A stretch of 64,000 nt of DNA from Candidatus Cloacimonadales bacterium (GTDB lineage: Bacteria; Cloacimonadota; Cloacimonadia; Cloacimonadales; JAIOQZ01), in contig OY771587.1 in NCBI GenBank assembly GCA_963674825.1, positions 1,824,001-1,888,000 on the forward strand, in the 5' to 3' direction. Of this stretch, positions 26,837-36,998 are shown piece after piece (position 1 is the stretch's first letter; each line of letters starts with the position of its first letter). The notes beneath the pieces are model-generated. The model was not told the origin of the DNA. It saw nothing but the letters and a program-made list of their open reading frames with translations, and did not search any database. The position numbers and the translations under genes were made by a program.

Positions 26837-28969
26837 ATGGAAGAAACAACCAATTTGAAGGAGCTTGTCAATCAGGCATCAAATCTTCGGATGGATGGCA
26901 AGATTCCTGAAGCATTGGAAATCCTTCAAAAGCTAAGAGAGACAAGAGAACAATATTCGGGAGATAAAACTCTAATATCCGTGTACACGCTGAGTTCTCT
27001 TTGTTTTCTTCGTCAAAACCAAAAAACAGAATCAATGGAAAGCGCTCTCAAGGGATACGAGCTTGCCTGTGAAATGGACCATCCCCGAGGGAAGGCATTG
27101 TCGCTGTTTTCGATTGGTAGCTGTCATCTTTCCATGAGGCAATTCAAATTGGCGGAAGAAACAGCCCTTGAAATGTTGCGAATCTCACAAGATATCCAAG
27201 ATGATAAAATGATTGTCGATGCAATCAATTTGGCGGCCGGCGCTTACTATCATCAAGGCGACCGTCTTAAAGCGCTCGAGTACTGGCTACGGTTCATTGA
27301 AAAAGTGAAGAAGCAGAAACCTACCTGGATGAATTTTCATCGCCTGGCATCTGTCATGAGTAACCTGCTTGGTCTATATAGTGATTTCGGGGACTTAGAG
27401 AAAGCATTGGAGTACGGCTTTCAAAGCTACAAGATATGCAAGGAGCAGAACAGTGTCTATTCGTTGGTTGGCTTGACGAATAATCTGGGGTTACTTTTCT
27501 TCAAATTACATGATCATGTACAGAGCCTCCGATATTATCGTGAAACGCTATCATTGTGCCGCAAGCTGGACACGCCTGACATACGAGCAAAAGTATATGA
27601 TAATATCGGTTTACTATACAAGAATGCGAAACGTCCGATTCGCGCCTTGCAATATTTCCATCGTTCTCTTGATCTGAAGATTAGCCAGAATGACAAAATG
27701 TTGCTACCCACGCTATACCAGAATATGGCTCTTCTGTACGAGGAAAACTTCGAGCAGTTCGATAACGCATTGGAACTATATGGATTAGCGCTGGAAACTG
27801 CTTCGGAAATGGAGTCGGACGATCAGCGAGCGAATATTTCATTGTATTATGGGGTGTGTCTCACCAAGCAAAAGCAATTCGATAAGGCTTTTCCGTGTAT
27901 TATGCAAGCGCTCGAATACTTTAGGAAAGATGGTAATCTACACCGTGAAATGGAAACCATCCTGGCTCTTTCAAAGTATTGGGAGGCGTGCGGCGATTAC
28001 AAAAAGGCATACGAGGTATTTTCCGAGTGGCATGACCTAAGCAAGCGTCAATTTGATGCCGATAAGGCCCGGTCGATCGCTCTGCTACAGGTTCAGCACA
28101 ATATGGAGCAGAAAGAACGGGAAGCGCAGCTGGCAAAAAAGGACGCTGAAATTTATCGACTCAAGACGGAAGAACTGGAGAAGCGCGTTCAGGAAGAAGT
28201 CATGCGCCACCAGCAACAGCAACAGATCATCGTTCAAAAATCGAAGCTGGAATCATTAGGCCAACTTGCTGCCGGTATCGCACATGAGGTCAATCAGCCA
28301 CTCACACGTATCATGATGGGACTGGATAACGTGCTTTTCACGCATCGACGTGGCAAACTGGACGATGATTTCGTCGTGATGAAGACAAACCAGTTCCTCA
28401 AGGAGAGCGAGCGAATCAGGCTTATCATCGATCATATCAAAACCTTCAGTCGAGATGATCAACTTACAACCTACGATATGGTCGATCTCAACGAGGTGAT
28501 CGAGAAATCATTGCTATTATTCAACGAGCAATATCGCAAGCACGGCGTGGAACTCCAGCTCGATCTTCAGCCTGGATTACCGACAATTATCGGGCATCCG
28601 TTCAAGCTCGAACAAGTGCTTCTCAACCTGATAACCAATGCAAGGGATGCGGTTGACGAACAAATGACGCTTACAGGGAATCCTGATTATCACAAGCGAA
28701 TTATAATCAGGACACATAATGATCTGAATAAGGTAGTTCTTCGTGTGGAAGATAACGGAACGGGTATCAAACCAGAGTATATCGATAAAATCTTCGAGCC
28801 ATTTTTCACGCGAAAAAAGGACGGAAAGGGGACTGGACTCGGGCTCCCTGTATGCTATGGGATTGTCAAAGATTTCGATGGCGACATCGAAGTAGAGAGC
28901 CAGCCGGGGATTAATACAATCATGACAGTATCTTTTCCAGCGGTTTCGTTGGCAAAGCAGGGTTTATAA
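26837..28969 (+). CDS. Cytoplasmic TPR-repeat sensor histidine kinase (NtrB-like kinase core)
   Basis: TPR repeats; AEIYRLK coiled-coil linker; H-box LGQLAAGIAHEVNQPL; N-box EQVLLNLITNARDA; G1 DNGTGI; F IFEPFF; G2 GTGLGL. Confidence 0.93.
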   Translation: MEETTNLKELVNQASNLRMDGKIPEALEILQKLRETREQYSGDKTLISVYTLSSLCFLRQNQKTESMESALKGYELACEMDHPRGKALSLFSIGSCHLSMRQFKLAEETALEMLRISQDIQDDKMIVDAINLAAGAYYHQGDRLKALEYWLRFIEKVKKQKPTWMNFHRLASVMSNLLGLYSDFGDLEKALEYGFQSYKICKEQNSVYSLVGLTNNLGLLFFKLHDHVQSLRYYRETLSLCRKLDTPDIRAKVYDNIGLLYKNAKRPIRALQYFHRSLDLKISQNDKMLLPTLYQNMALLYEENFEQFDNALELYGLALETASEMESDDQRANISLYYGVCLTKQKQFDKAFPCIMQALEYFRKDGNLHREMETILALSKYWEACGDYKKAYEVFSEWHDLSKRQFDADKARSIALLQVQHNMEQKEREAQLAKKDAEIYRLKTEELEKRVQEEVMRHQQQQQIIVQKSKLESLGQLAAGIAHEVNQPLTRIMMGLDNVLFTHRRGKLDDDFVVMKTNQFLKESERIRLIIDHIKTFSRDDQLTTYDMVDLNEVIEKSLLLFNEQYRKHGVELQLDLQPGLPTIIGHPFKLEQVLLNLITNARDAVDEQMTLTGNPDYHKRIIIRTHNDLNKVVLRVEDNGTGIKPEYIDKIFEPFFTRKKDGKGTGLGLPVCYGIVKDFDGDIEVESQPGINTIMTVSFPAVSLAKQGL

Positions 28970-30336
28970 TGGAGACACTTTCGATTTTGATTATCGACGA
29001 TGAAGAGGGAATTCGCCAGGAGATCGGTTATTATCTGGAGCAGAACGATTTTCGTATCTATTCCGCAGAATCACGCGCAGCAGCGATGGAAATCTTCGAA
29101 CGGAATCCGATCGATATCGCGATTCTGGACATCAATCTGGGAGCGGATAATGGCCTGGATATCCTCAGGGAGATCAGGCAGCGGTGGGGCGATACACAGG
29201 TTATCATGATCACCGCCTTCGGTAGCGAGGAGACAATTTTGGAAGCGTTGCGAGCCGGCGCGTTCGACTTCTTCCACAAGCCATTCCGGTTGATCGACCT
29301 CGAAACCACCATTCGGCGCACATCTCGCTTTATCGAGCTCGAAAAACGCTGCGCTCGTATCGAGAAAGACAATGACATCCTCCAGACACAACTCAGACGA
29401 ACATACGGACACCCGATCATTGGCGATGGCCAGCATATCCAGGAAGTTAAAGCTCTGATTGGCAAAGTTGCATCGACACCGTCAACTTCTGTGCTCGTTA
29501 CCGGGGAAAGCGGTACTGGTAAGGAATTGATTGCTCACAGTATTCATCTCCTCAGTAATCGCAAGAACCAGCTCTTTTATCCGATCAATTGCTCCTCGAT
29601 TCCCGAACACCTCTTCGAAAGCGAACTTTTCGGGCATGTCAGGGGTGCTTTCACGGGGGCTGACCATGATAAAATCGGCTGGATTCAGGCTGCCAGTCAT
29701 GGCACGCTGGTGCTGGATGAGATTGCCGATATGCCGTTGACAATGCAGACGAAGCTTCTTCGGGTTCTGGAAACAGGAACTGTGACGCCCGTCGGTGCGC
29801 GGAAGGAAATCCCGGTCGATGTGCGCTTCATCGCACTCACTAACCGTAATTTGCAGGCGATGGTACAGGAAGGTTCTTTCAGGCTGGATCTCTATTACCG
29901 CTTGAATCGGTTTCAAATCCATCTCAAGCCACTCCGGGAGAGGGCAGATGACCTCCCACAGCTTATAGAGTACTACCTCGACTACTTCCTGAAAAAGCTT
30001 CGCAAACCAATCTGCAAAATCGATACTTATGCCCGTCAGAGCCTTATCGAGTATACTTACCCGGGCAATGTACGGGAGCTTCGGAACATTCTTGAGCGAG
30101 CTGTAATTCTTTGCGATGGTGTGATTTCACGGAAACACCTCACGCTGTCTGGAGAGTTTCCTCAAGAACCACGATCTACATCGACTCTGAATGACAACCT
30201 CGATTTGGAGCAGTTGGAAAAAAACGCAATCTGTGAAGCGTTGAAACGAACGGGCAACAATAAATCACAAGCAGCCAGATTGCTGAATATAACTTGGTTC
30301 GCTCTCGATAGACGCATGAAAAAATACGGTTTGTAA
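28969..30336 (+). CDS. NtrC-family sigma54-dependent response regulator (REC-AAA+-HTH)
   Basis: IIDDE, AILDINL, MITAF, FFHKPF receiver motifs; GESGTGKE; LFGHVRGAFTGA; LVLDEI; YPGNVREL; NNKSQAARLLNI; start overlaps the kinase stop codon. Confidence 0.95.
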   Translation: METLSILIIDDEEGIRQEIGYYLEQNDFRIYSAESRAAAMEIFERNPIDIAILDINLGADNGLDILREIRQRWGDTQVIMITAFGSEETILEALRAGAFDFFHKPFRLIDLETTIRRTSRFIELEKRCARIEKDNDILQTQLRRTYGHPIIGDGQHIQEVKALIGKVASTPSTSVLVTGESGTGKELIAHSIHLLSNRKNQLFYPINCSSIPEHLFESELFGHVRGAFTGADHDKIGWIQAASHGTLVLDEIADMPLTMQTKLLRVLETGTVTPVGARKEIPVDVRFIALTNRNLQAMVQEGSFRLDLYYRLNRFQIHLKPLRERADDLPQLIEYYLDYFLKKLRKPICKIDTYARQSLIEYTYPGNVRELRNILERAVILCDGVISRKHLTLSGEFPQEPRSTSTLNDNLDLEQLEKNAICEALKRTGNNKSQAARLLNITWFALDRRMKKYGL

Positions 30337-30468
30337 TTCACTAATGTTGTGATTCATCCAAAAATATATTTACATTTCTGAAATAAAATATACTATTGAA
30401 CTGTGTTCGAAATTGTGATATGGCTCAACCTTTTCCAGCTTGTCCCATAAAGGACGACGGAGGGAATT

Positions 30469-31092
30469 ATGAAAAAGATTGTTTTCAGCACGATTTTTAT
30501 GTTTATCGCTGTCCTGATGTTTTCTCAGGCACCGCACCTTATAGTGGGTTGTCTCTATTACAATGATGGTACGCCAATGCAAGATATCGGAATATCCTTT
30601 TCTGCGGATAATCCGTTCCTGATGGGGCCATACTACTACCACTGCCCGGGCTATGCAGATACAGCGACCGGAAGTTACTACAACACATCAGATGGAACTA
30701 TCTCCATCCAGCTTTCCGTATTGCCGGTGAGCTTTTCTGGGCAGACGATTCACGTTACTATAATCGATAACATCACGGGAGAACATTATCAGGACAACAT
30801 TGTGCGAAGCGCCGGCGCAATGACGGAGATAGGTACTGTGATTGCTCCTTACCCGCCACCGGGTGCTCCACAACCTCCTGCAAATCTTACGATCTATATG
30901 TTTTCTGATAGTGCGTCACTCTTCTGGGATCGAGATTACTACGCTTCGCGTTACAAAGTGTATGGATCTGATACCCCATACGACGGCTATACGCTGTACG
31001 CCGAAGTTGAAGAGACACAGTGCGAAGTCACAGGGATCAACACCAGCGGAATGCAGTACTTTTATGTTACTACAGTGATTGATTCGGAATGA
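30469..31092 (+). CDS. Small secreted protein with Pro-rich linker and the same C-terminal FN3-like domain as the two giant proteins
   Basis: RBS GGAGG; signal peptide MKKIVFSTIFMFIAVLMFS; PYPPPGAPQP linker; PANLTI...LFW...YKVYGSDTP...YFYVTTV. Confidence 0.8.
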   Translation: MKKIVFSTIFMFIAVLMFSQAPHLIVGCLYYNDGTPMQDIGISFSADNPFLMGPYYYHCPGYADTATGSYYNTSDGTISIQLSVLPVSFSGQTIHVTIIDNITGEHYQDNIVRSAGAMTEIGTVIAPYPPPGAPQPPANLTIYMFSDSASLFWDRDYYASRYKVYGSDTPYDGYTLYAEVEETQCEVTGINTSGMQYFYVTTVIDSE

Positions 31093-31313
31093 TATACTAA
31101 CGATTTTCGAAAAAATGAGGCCCTATTGCTTTTTTTATCGATATTTACGGGGATGTGCAGTGCATCCTGCCTGGTACGCAGTCGATAACCATTGATAAAG
31201 TCCGCTTCCGGTTCTAACGAGAATACGGTGATTTCATGGTCGCGAATCATAAAGTCAAGCTGGATAGGTTTGATATCTCCGCTGTCGGTTAGAAATTCTA
31301 AGCTGTACCGTTA

Positions 31314-32717
31314 TTATCCACCGATAATCTGCACCGATTGCTCGATCAACCCACTGAGAAACGCCGGCATACATAGTGCCGCGATACCTGATACGAGCAA
31401 CAACATAGGGATAATCCACTGGTACGCGGGTAGCGACATCCGTTTCTCTGCATCATCGTGTCCCATTGTCATACGCAGACTCACTCGAACCATACCGAAC
31501 ACCACAACCGTCAGGAGGATCAGCAGAAGGGCCAGTTGCCATATAAATCCTCCTCCGACCATACCGAGAGCGAGCTGGAATTCGCTGAGAAAGAGCGGTG
31601 ACGGTGGAAGCGCAGAAAGCATCAGGAACGCTGCCAGCCAGAGCCATCCGGTACGCGGATCACGCTCCAGAAGTCCTTTAACTTCACGAGTATCTTTTGT
31701 GCCATAAAGGCGCAGGACGTTTCCGGTAATCAGAAAGAAAGCGCCTTTGATCAGGGAATGCCCCAGCAAGTGGACAAACATGGCGTTGAGCGCCATCCCA
31801 CCTACGCCGAGAGCAATGGCTACAATTCCCATGTTTTCGATCGAGGAATAGGCCAGAATGCGCTTGTAGTTATGGATGCGGACAATGAACACTGCTGCGA
31901 TGAATACGGACAGGAGTCCCATGAGGAGCAGTAGATTTTGTGCCAGCGGCATCAAGTCAGCGATCTTCATGACCGGCATCATGCGCAGGATGGGAACCAG
32001 TGCGGTGTTCAGGAGCGCTCCTGAAAGCAATGCAGACACAGGCGCTGGTGCTTCCGAATGTGCGTCGGGGAGCCAGGCGTGAACGGGAGCGAGCCCGAGC
32101 TTGGTTCCGAAGCCGATAAGCAGGAACACGAAGGAAATCTTCAGCCAGAAGGGTGAAAGTTCACTTGCGTGAGTCGCCAGCCAGGAGAAGGTCAGAGACG
32201 ATTCCGGAGGCATTGCGACAAACAGAAGTAGAATGCCCACGAACGCCAGCGCGATACCGATCGAGCATATGAAGATGTATTTCCACGATGCTTCCAGCGA
32301 ATGGCGCGTCTGGTCGTAGTTGATCAGCAGCGCGGAAGCGAGGGTTGTTGTTTCGATGAAAACCCACAGCAGTCCGAGGTTATCGGCGAAGAATGCGCCA
32401 TCCATGGAGAACACGAACATCATCAGCGCGGTAGCCGTAAGTGTATGGTGCTTTCTGCCAGGATGGGTCAGAAAACCAACTCCGTAGATAGCTGTCGCCA
32501 AATAGAGCACGGAAAGGATTAAATAAAAGAAGAGACCAAGCGCATCGACGGTAAAGTAGCGGATTGCCCATGGAAAACCGGGCTGAAAGAAAAAGACCGG
32601 GACCATCGCCAGATGCACAATCGCGTGCAGAATCATCAGGATGTTGTTCAACTTCGGATTGCGTATCCACCATGCGATGATGGTGAAAAGAACGGGTAAT
32701 ATGAGGATGATAGGCAT
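31314..32717 (-). CDS. hyfF: Hydrogenase-4 subunit F-like antiporter-type membrane subunit (Ehr complex)
   Basis: LWVFIETTTL, EASWKYIFICSIGI, GFGTKLGLAPVHAWLPDAHSEAPAPVSALLSG, KRILAYSSIEN. Confidence 0.88.
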   Translation of the reverse strand: MPIILILPVLFTIIAWWIRNPKLNNILMILHAIVHLAMVPVFFFQPGFPWAIRYFTVDALGLFFYLILSVLYLATAIYGVGFLTHPGRKHHTLTATALMMFVFSMDGAFFADNLGLLWVFIETTTLASALLINYDQTRHSLEASWKYIFICSIGIALAFVGILLLFVAMPPESSLTFSWLATHASELSPFWLKISFVFLLIGFGTKLGLAPVHAWLPDAHSEAPAPVSALLSGALLNTALVPILRMMPVMKIADLMPLAQNLLLLMGLLSVFIAAVFIVRIHNYKRILAYSSIENMGIVAIALGVGGMALNAMFVHLLGHSLIKGAFFLITGNVLRLYGTKDTREVKGLLERDPRTGWLWLAAFLMLSALPPSPLFLSEFQLALGMVGGGFIWQLALLLILLTVVVFGMVRVSLRMTMGHDDAEKRMSLPAYQWIIPMLLLVSGIAALCMPAFLSGLIEQSVQIIGG

Positions 32718-32719
32718 AA

Positions 32720-33358
32720 TCAGTCCTTCAGATCCGACAGCGTGTCGATGTCTTCTTCGTCGAATGTTGATTTGATCTTATTGATGAAAAGCCCCGCTAC
32801 CAGAATGGAAAGCAGGATATCCAGCGATACGCCCAGGCTGACGATATAGGGCATCTCGCGAGAGGCAGCCAGCGAGAGGAGGAATATTCCGTTCTCGAGG
32901 ATCAGATAGCCCATCAGGTGGGTGATCAGTTTCTTGTTTGTGATAATGATGAAGAGCCCCTTGAGGATCGACGAAAAGGCGATACCGAAGAGCAGCGGCT
33001 CGACGTTGGGCGAGTTCTTGCCTGACCATAGCGCCATCAAAAAGCCAAAGGCGAAAATCAGCGTCATCGTGAAGAGTGAGAAGAAGTTGGAGACTTTAGG
33101 TTCCACTTCGCGTACGATATTGTTACGGCGAATCATATCCGAAAGCAGATAGGGGATCAGAATCGCTTTGAAAACCAGCGTTTCAAGCGCTACGAATGCG
33201 AGCTGAAGCCAGTTGAATTCCGTGATATTGGCCATAGTGAGCAGGAAGAGGATCACGCCCTGCACTGCCAGCACACGGATAAGCTTACCGAGCATGTTGG
33301 TCGTGGATGCGGCGAGGAGTGTCACGCCGAAGAGAATTACCAGAATATCCGACATCAT
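32720..33358 (-). CDS. hyfE: Hydrogenase-4 subunit E-like membrane subunit
   Basis: Hydrophobic 212 aa; LAVQG, KAILIP, GYLILENGI; position between hyfC and hyfF. Confidence 0.85.
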   Translation of the reverse strand: MMSDILVILFGVTLLAASTTNMLGKLIRVLAVQGVILFLLTMANITEFNWLQLAFVALETLVFKAILIPYLLSDMIRRNNIVREVEPKVSNFFSLFTMTLIFAFGFLMALWSGKNSPNVEPLLFGIAFSSILKGLFIIITNKKLITHLMGYLILENGIFLLSLAASREMPYIVSLGVSLDILLSILVAGLFINKIKSTFDEEDIDTLSDLKD

Positions 33359-34272
33359 GCACCTCCGATGCCGAGAACGATCAGTGCGGTAAGCGCTAGA
33401 AGCGCTACCGAAAGCGGAACAAAAACCAACTCGGGATTACGTGTCATACGTACGCGGGGTAAGATGGATTCAACCAATCCCAAGAAGATCGCCTGTATGA
33501 TCATGATACCGACATAAAGCGCGGTTACTGCCGCGATTCCCAGTCCCCACGGAATCAGGAAATAAGCGATCAGCGATGCGAAAAGGGTCATCTTCAGCGC
33601 ATTGGCATAGAGTACGAAGCCGAAGTTCGGACCGGAGTGATCCAGCACCATCACCTCGTGTACCATGGTGAGTTCCAGATGGGTTGTTGGGTCGTCGAAT
33701 GGAACGCGCGATCCTTCCACAAGTAGCATGATGAACAGCGCGATCACGGTGAGAGCGGAGATCATCAGCGACCACTGGCTGGAAAGCTTGACCGTGTGCA
33801 TGGATATCAATTCGCTCAGGGTTCCAGCACCGGAGACGTAAATCAGGGACGCGACAATCAGGAAGAAGGCCGGCTCCAGAAACGTTGTGAACGACATCTC
33901 GCGGCTGGCGCCCATTCCTTCGAAAGCCGAGCCGGTATCCAGTGCTGCCAGTACCGCGACGAACTTGGCCAGTCCCATCAGATACAGGAAAAGGACGAAA
34001 TCGCCATGGAAGCTGATGAGCGCCCGGTATTGCCCGAATGGAATCAGGAGAGCGGCAGCGAGAATCGCAGCCAGCGACAGTGCGCCGGAGATGTCGAAGA
34101 TGAAGCTCGTCGTGCGGCTCGTCACTTCGTTCTTGCGCATCAGCCGGAAGAAATCGACATACGGCTGCCAAACTGGAGCACCACGGCGTCCAGCCCAAAT
34201 GGCTTTGGTTTTATTCACGATGCCAACGAAAAGGAGGGGCATCAGCAGGATGAATAGTATGTTTACGATCAT
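33355..34272 (-). CDS. hyfC: HyfC/HycD/NuoH-like membrane subunit
   Basis: GRRGAPVWQPY, LAALDTGSAFEGMGASRE, RVPFDDPTTHLELTMVHEVMVLDHSG. Confidence 0.9.
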   Translation of the reverse strand: MIVNILFILLMPLLFVGIVNKTKAIWAGRRGAPVWQPYVDFFRLMRKNEVTSRTTSFIFDISGALSLAAILAAALLIPFGQYRALISFHGDFVLFLYLMGLAKFVAVLAALDTGSAFEGMGASREMSFTTFLEPAFFLIVASLIYVSGAGTLSELISMHTVKLSSQWSLMISALTVIALFIMLLVEGSRVPFDDPTTHLELTMVHEVMVLDHSGPNFGFVLYANALKMTLFASLIAYFLIPWGLGIAAVTALYVGIMIIQAIFLGLVESILPRVRMTRNPELVFVPLSVALLALTALIVLGIGGA

Positions 34273-36203
34273 GATTCCCCCACGATCACCCAGATGAGAA
34301 CTGCCACCAGGAAGACAAGTCCGTAGGTGATGTAAACTTGTGTTCTACCGCTCTGGACACCCGCGAAGAGGTCGAGGAAGCGGTGAACGGAACGAACGAC
34401 TGGTGCAATCAAACTCTTTTGTACCCGGTCTCTGGCTTCGCGAACGAACGAAAGTCGGGTCGGGAAATAGCTGCTGTCAAAGTCGATCTCGCGTTGCTTA
34501 CCGGTGAACATATTCATGATGGGTTCAACCGGATGGACAAACGAGGTGCCTGTGTATTGCATCTTCGCAGATGGCTTTTCGTAGCCGCAGCCCCAGGTGG
34601 ATTCTCTCGGTGCGCGAACGCGACGGCGACGCCACAGGAACAACAACAGAAAGAACCCGATCGTGATCACCATTACCAACCGGAAAGGTTGAAAGCGTTG
34701 CAGCAGTGAAATGAAGTCAATGTCTGAGCCAGTCATCGAAGCAGGTAGAAATCCATGAAGCCAGGCGAGCATATAATCGCCTGCCATGCCACCGATAAGG
34801 CAGAGTCCGGCGAGAATGGAAGGCACGATCCACAAACCGCGTGTAGCTTCCTTCGCATGCGCAGCTTTTTCCGTGCGAGGTTCGCCCAGGAATGCCAGAC
34901 CGTACATCCTGGCGAAAGCGAAAAGGGCGATCGATGCTACGTAGGCGAGCCCGGAAAGGCCAATGATGGCAGCAATATTGAATCCGACATCATGCACCCG
35001 GAAGCCTTTGAGGATGGTCAGAAACACGAGAAATTCAGAGACAAAGCCGTTCATAATGGGCAGTCCCGCGATAGCCAACGAACCGGCGAAGAATAGCCCT
35101 CCCGTGACAGGCATGCGTTTCTGCAAACCTCCAAGGCGGTTGATATCGCGCTCATGTGCTTGATGCTGAACGTTGCCCGATAGGTAGAAGAGCATCGGCT
35201 TGAAAAGCGAATGGTTGATGCTGTGCAGGAGCGCGCCCAGGATACCGAACAGCGTGATGGCGGGAACATCGAGTTTTTGACCAAGCCAGGCAAAGGTGAT
35301 CCCCAGCCCGATAATGCCGATATTTTCGATGCTCGACCATGCCAGAATGCGCTTGATATCGGTTTCAGCCAGCGCATGAAACACGCCGGTGAGGGCGGTT
35401 ATCAGCGCGATGATGCCAAAGACGTAGAGGCTCTCGATGGAAGGCTGGAAGCAAAGCAAGATCATCAGGATGCCGTAGATACCGGTTTTAGTCAGCAGTC
35501 CCGACATCATCCCCGAAACGTGACTTGGGGCCATTGGATGCGCGACTGGCAACCACGAATGGAAGGGGAAGAATCCTGCTTTAAACGCGAACCCAACCAT
35601 GAGCATGAAAGCGGTGAATGCAGGGAGATTAGCCCAGTCGTCGAAACGAAGACTGGCGGTATTCGAGTAAGCAAGAGCAATGCCTGTCAACAGCACTGCC
35701 GCACCGGCTTGCATGAAAATCAAATAGTATTTGGCGGCCTTCCAGGTGGGTTCATCGCGCTCCACCAGAATAGCGAAGAAGGATGAGAATCCCATCAGTT
35801 CCCACGCGAAAAAGAGCATCAGCGCGTCGCGTGCAAGGACGGTAAGATGCAGGCTGATTACCAGCAGCGCCAGGAAGAAACCGTGAGAGCGAATGCCCTC
35901 TTTGTGATCCTTCAGATAAGCGTATCCGTGTGCCAGGCCGAAAATACAACCAGCGGATAGCAGGATCAGGAAGATGGAGGAGAGCCAGGTCAGGCCCAGT
36001 TCCACAACGAAACTTCCAAGCCGGAATGTGGATAGGGTAAGGACTCCATCGCCGGAAGGGTGCCACAAGATAGCTATGGATCCGAGAAATCCCGCTCCTA
36101 GCATGGCCAGAAGCGTGAATATTTTACGCCAGCCCAGCATGGATGCTGGAAGCGAGGCAATAAGAAGCAAAATACCGATAATGAAGGTGGTGTGCGGGGT
36201 CAT
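34269..36203 (-). CDS. hyfB: HyfB/HycC-like antiporter-type membrane subunit (likely start MTPHTT at 36203)
   Basis: RBS GGAGG and ATGA overlap with the upstream gene; AWELMG, KAGFFPFHSWLPVAHPMAPSHVSGMMSG, KRILAWSSIENIG, TWGCGY. Confidence 0.88.
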   Translation of the reverse strand: MTPHTTFIIGILLLIASLPASMLGWRKIFTLLAMLGAGFLGSIAILWHPSGDGVLTLSTFRLGSFVVELGLTWLSSIFLILLSAGCIFGLAHGYAYLKDHKEGIRSHGFFLALLVISLHLTVLARDALMLFFAWELMGFSSFFAILVERDEPTWKAAKYYLIFMQAGAAVLLTGIALAYSNTASLRFDDWANLPAFTAFMLMVGFAFKAGFFPFHSWLPVAHPMAPSHVSGMMSGLLTKTGIYGILMILLCFQPSIESLYVFGIIALITALTGVFHALAETDIKRILAWSSIENIGIIGLGITFAWLGQKLDVPAITLFGILGALLHSINHSLFKPMLFYLSGNVQHQAHERDINRLGGLQKRMPVTGGLFFAGSLAIAGLPIMNGFVSEFLVFLTILKGFRVHDVGFNIAAIIGLSGLAYVASIALFAFARMYGLAFLGEPRTEKAAHAKEATRGLWIVPSILAGLCLIGGMAGDYMLAWLHGFLPASMTGSDIDFISLLQRFQPFRLVMVITIGFFLLLFLWRRRRVRAPRESTWGCGYEKPSAKMQYTGTSFVHPVEPIMNMFTGKQREIDFDSSYFPTRLSFVREARDRVQKSLIAPVVRSVHRFLDLFAGVQSGRTQVYITYGLVFLVAVLIWVIVGES

Positions 36204-36982
36204 TTTCTCCTCCCCATTAACGCCGTGATGCCGTGGACGATGGTCAGCGGATGGACCGGGCATCCCGGGAGATAGAGGATAGCATTGACTTTCTCCAGAA
36301 ATCTGCGTTGAAGAGCCGGTGCTTCGGTAAAGAGCCCACCGCTGATAGCGCATGCTCCTGCGAGGATAAGGATTCGCGGTGCGGGGACTGCTGCCCAAGT
36401 CTCTTCCAGGGCGTATGCCATATTCTGCGTGATCGGGCCGGTAATCACTACCGCGTCTGCGTGACGTGGCGATGCAACAATGTCTATCCCGTAGCGATTG
36501 ATGTCGAAGTTCACGTTAGTGGAGGCGTTCAGCTCGAGTTCGCATGCCGCGCAGCCACCCGCGGAAACTGAGCGGAGCTTGAAAGAGCGTCCGTACAGCC
36601 GCTTGATATCGGGTGTGGATGTGATGGATGATTCCGAATAAACTTCGGGCGTGAGCGTACCATCCAGAATCAATGTCTCGCGTCTGGAAGCTCCCATCTT
36701 GAACGAGTTGGAGAAGGTAAAAGTATCCGGGAAGTTACGCTGACAGACGCCGCAGAAAACGCAGCGTCCCAGGTCGAGCGTGCTCTCGTCGATCGCGCCG
36801 GTAGGGCAGCTTTTACGAGCTTCGTTCCAGCTTGCGTCGTCCTGCTTTTGGAATGTCGGGAATCCCGGGAAGGAGGGGTCCGTCTTCGCCTTGAGCGGAT
36901 CGGGAATAGCCTGATCTCCGTGGCGGATCCTTGCTTTTATCAGATCGATCATGGTCAATCCGGTCATTGGTTTGTGTTTCAT
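36200..36982 (-). CDS. Ferredoxin-like + NuoB/HycG-like small subunit fusion (EhrS-like)
   Basis: RBS GGAGG before ATG 36982; CPTGAI and CVFCGVC; SAGGCAACE, SPRHAD, GACAISGG, PGCP. Confidence 0.85.
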   Translation of the reverse strand: MKHKPMTGLTMIDLIKARIRHGDQAIPDPLKAKTDPSFPGFPTFQKQDDASWNEARKSCPTGAIDESTLDLGRCVFCGVCQRNFPDTFTFSNSFKMGASRRETLILDGTLTPEVYSESSITSTPDIKRLYGRSFKLRSVSAGGCAACELELNASTNVNFDINRYGIDIVASPRHADAVVITGPITQNMAYALEETWAAVPAPRILILAGACAISGGLFTEAPALQRRFLEKVNAILYLPGCPVHPLTIVHGITALMGRRK

Positions 36983-36998
36983 TCGCATTCCTCCCACA

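Noticed and set aside
30421..30436. TGGCTCAACCTTTTCC as a third sigma54 promoter
   Set aside because: The -12 position reads TC rather than GC, so it is too weak to call.
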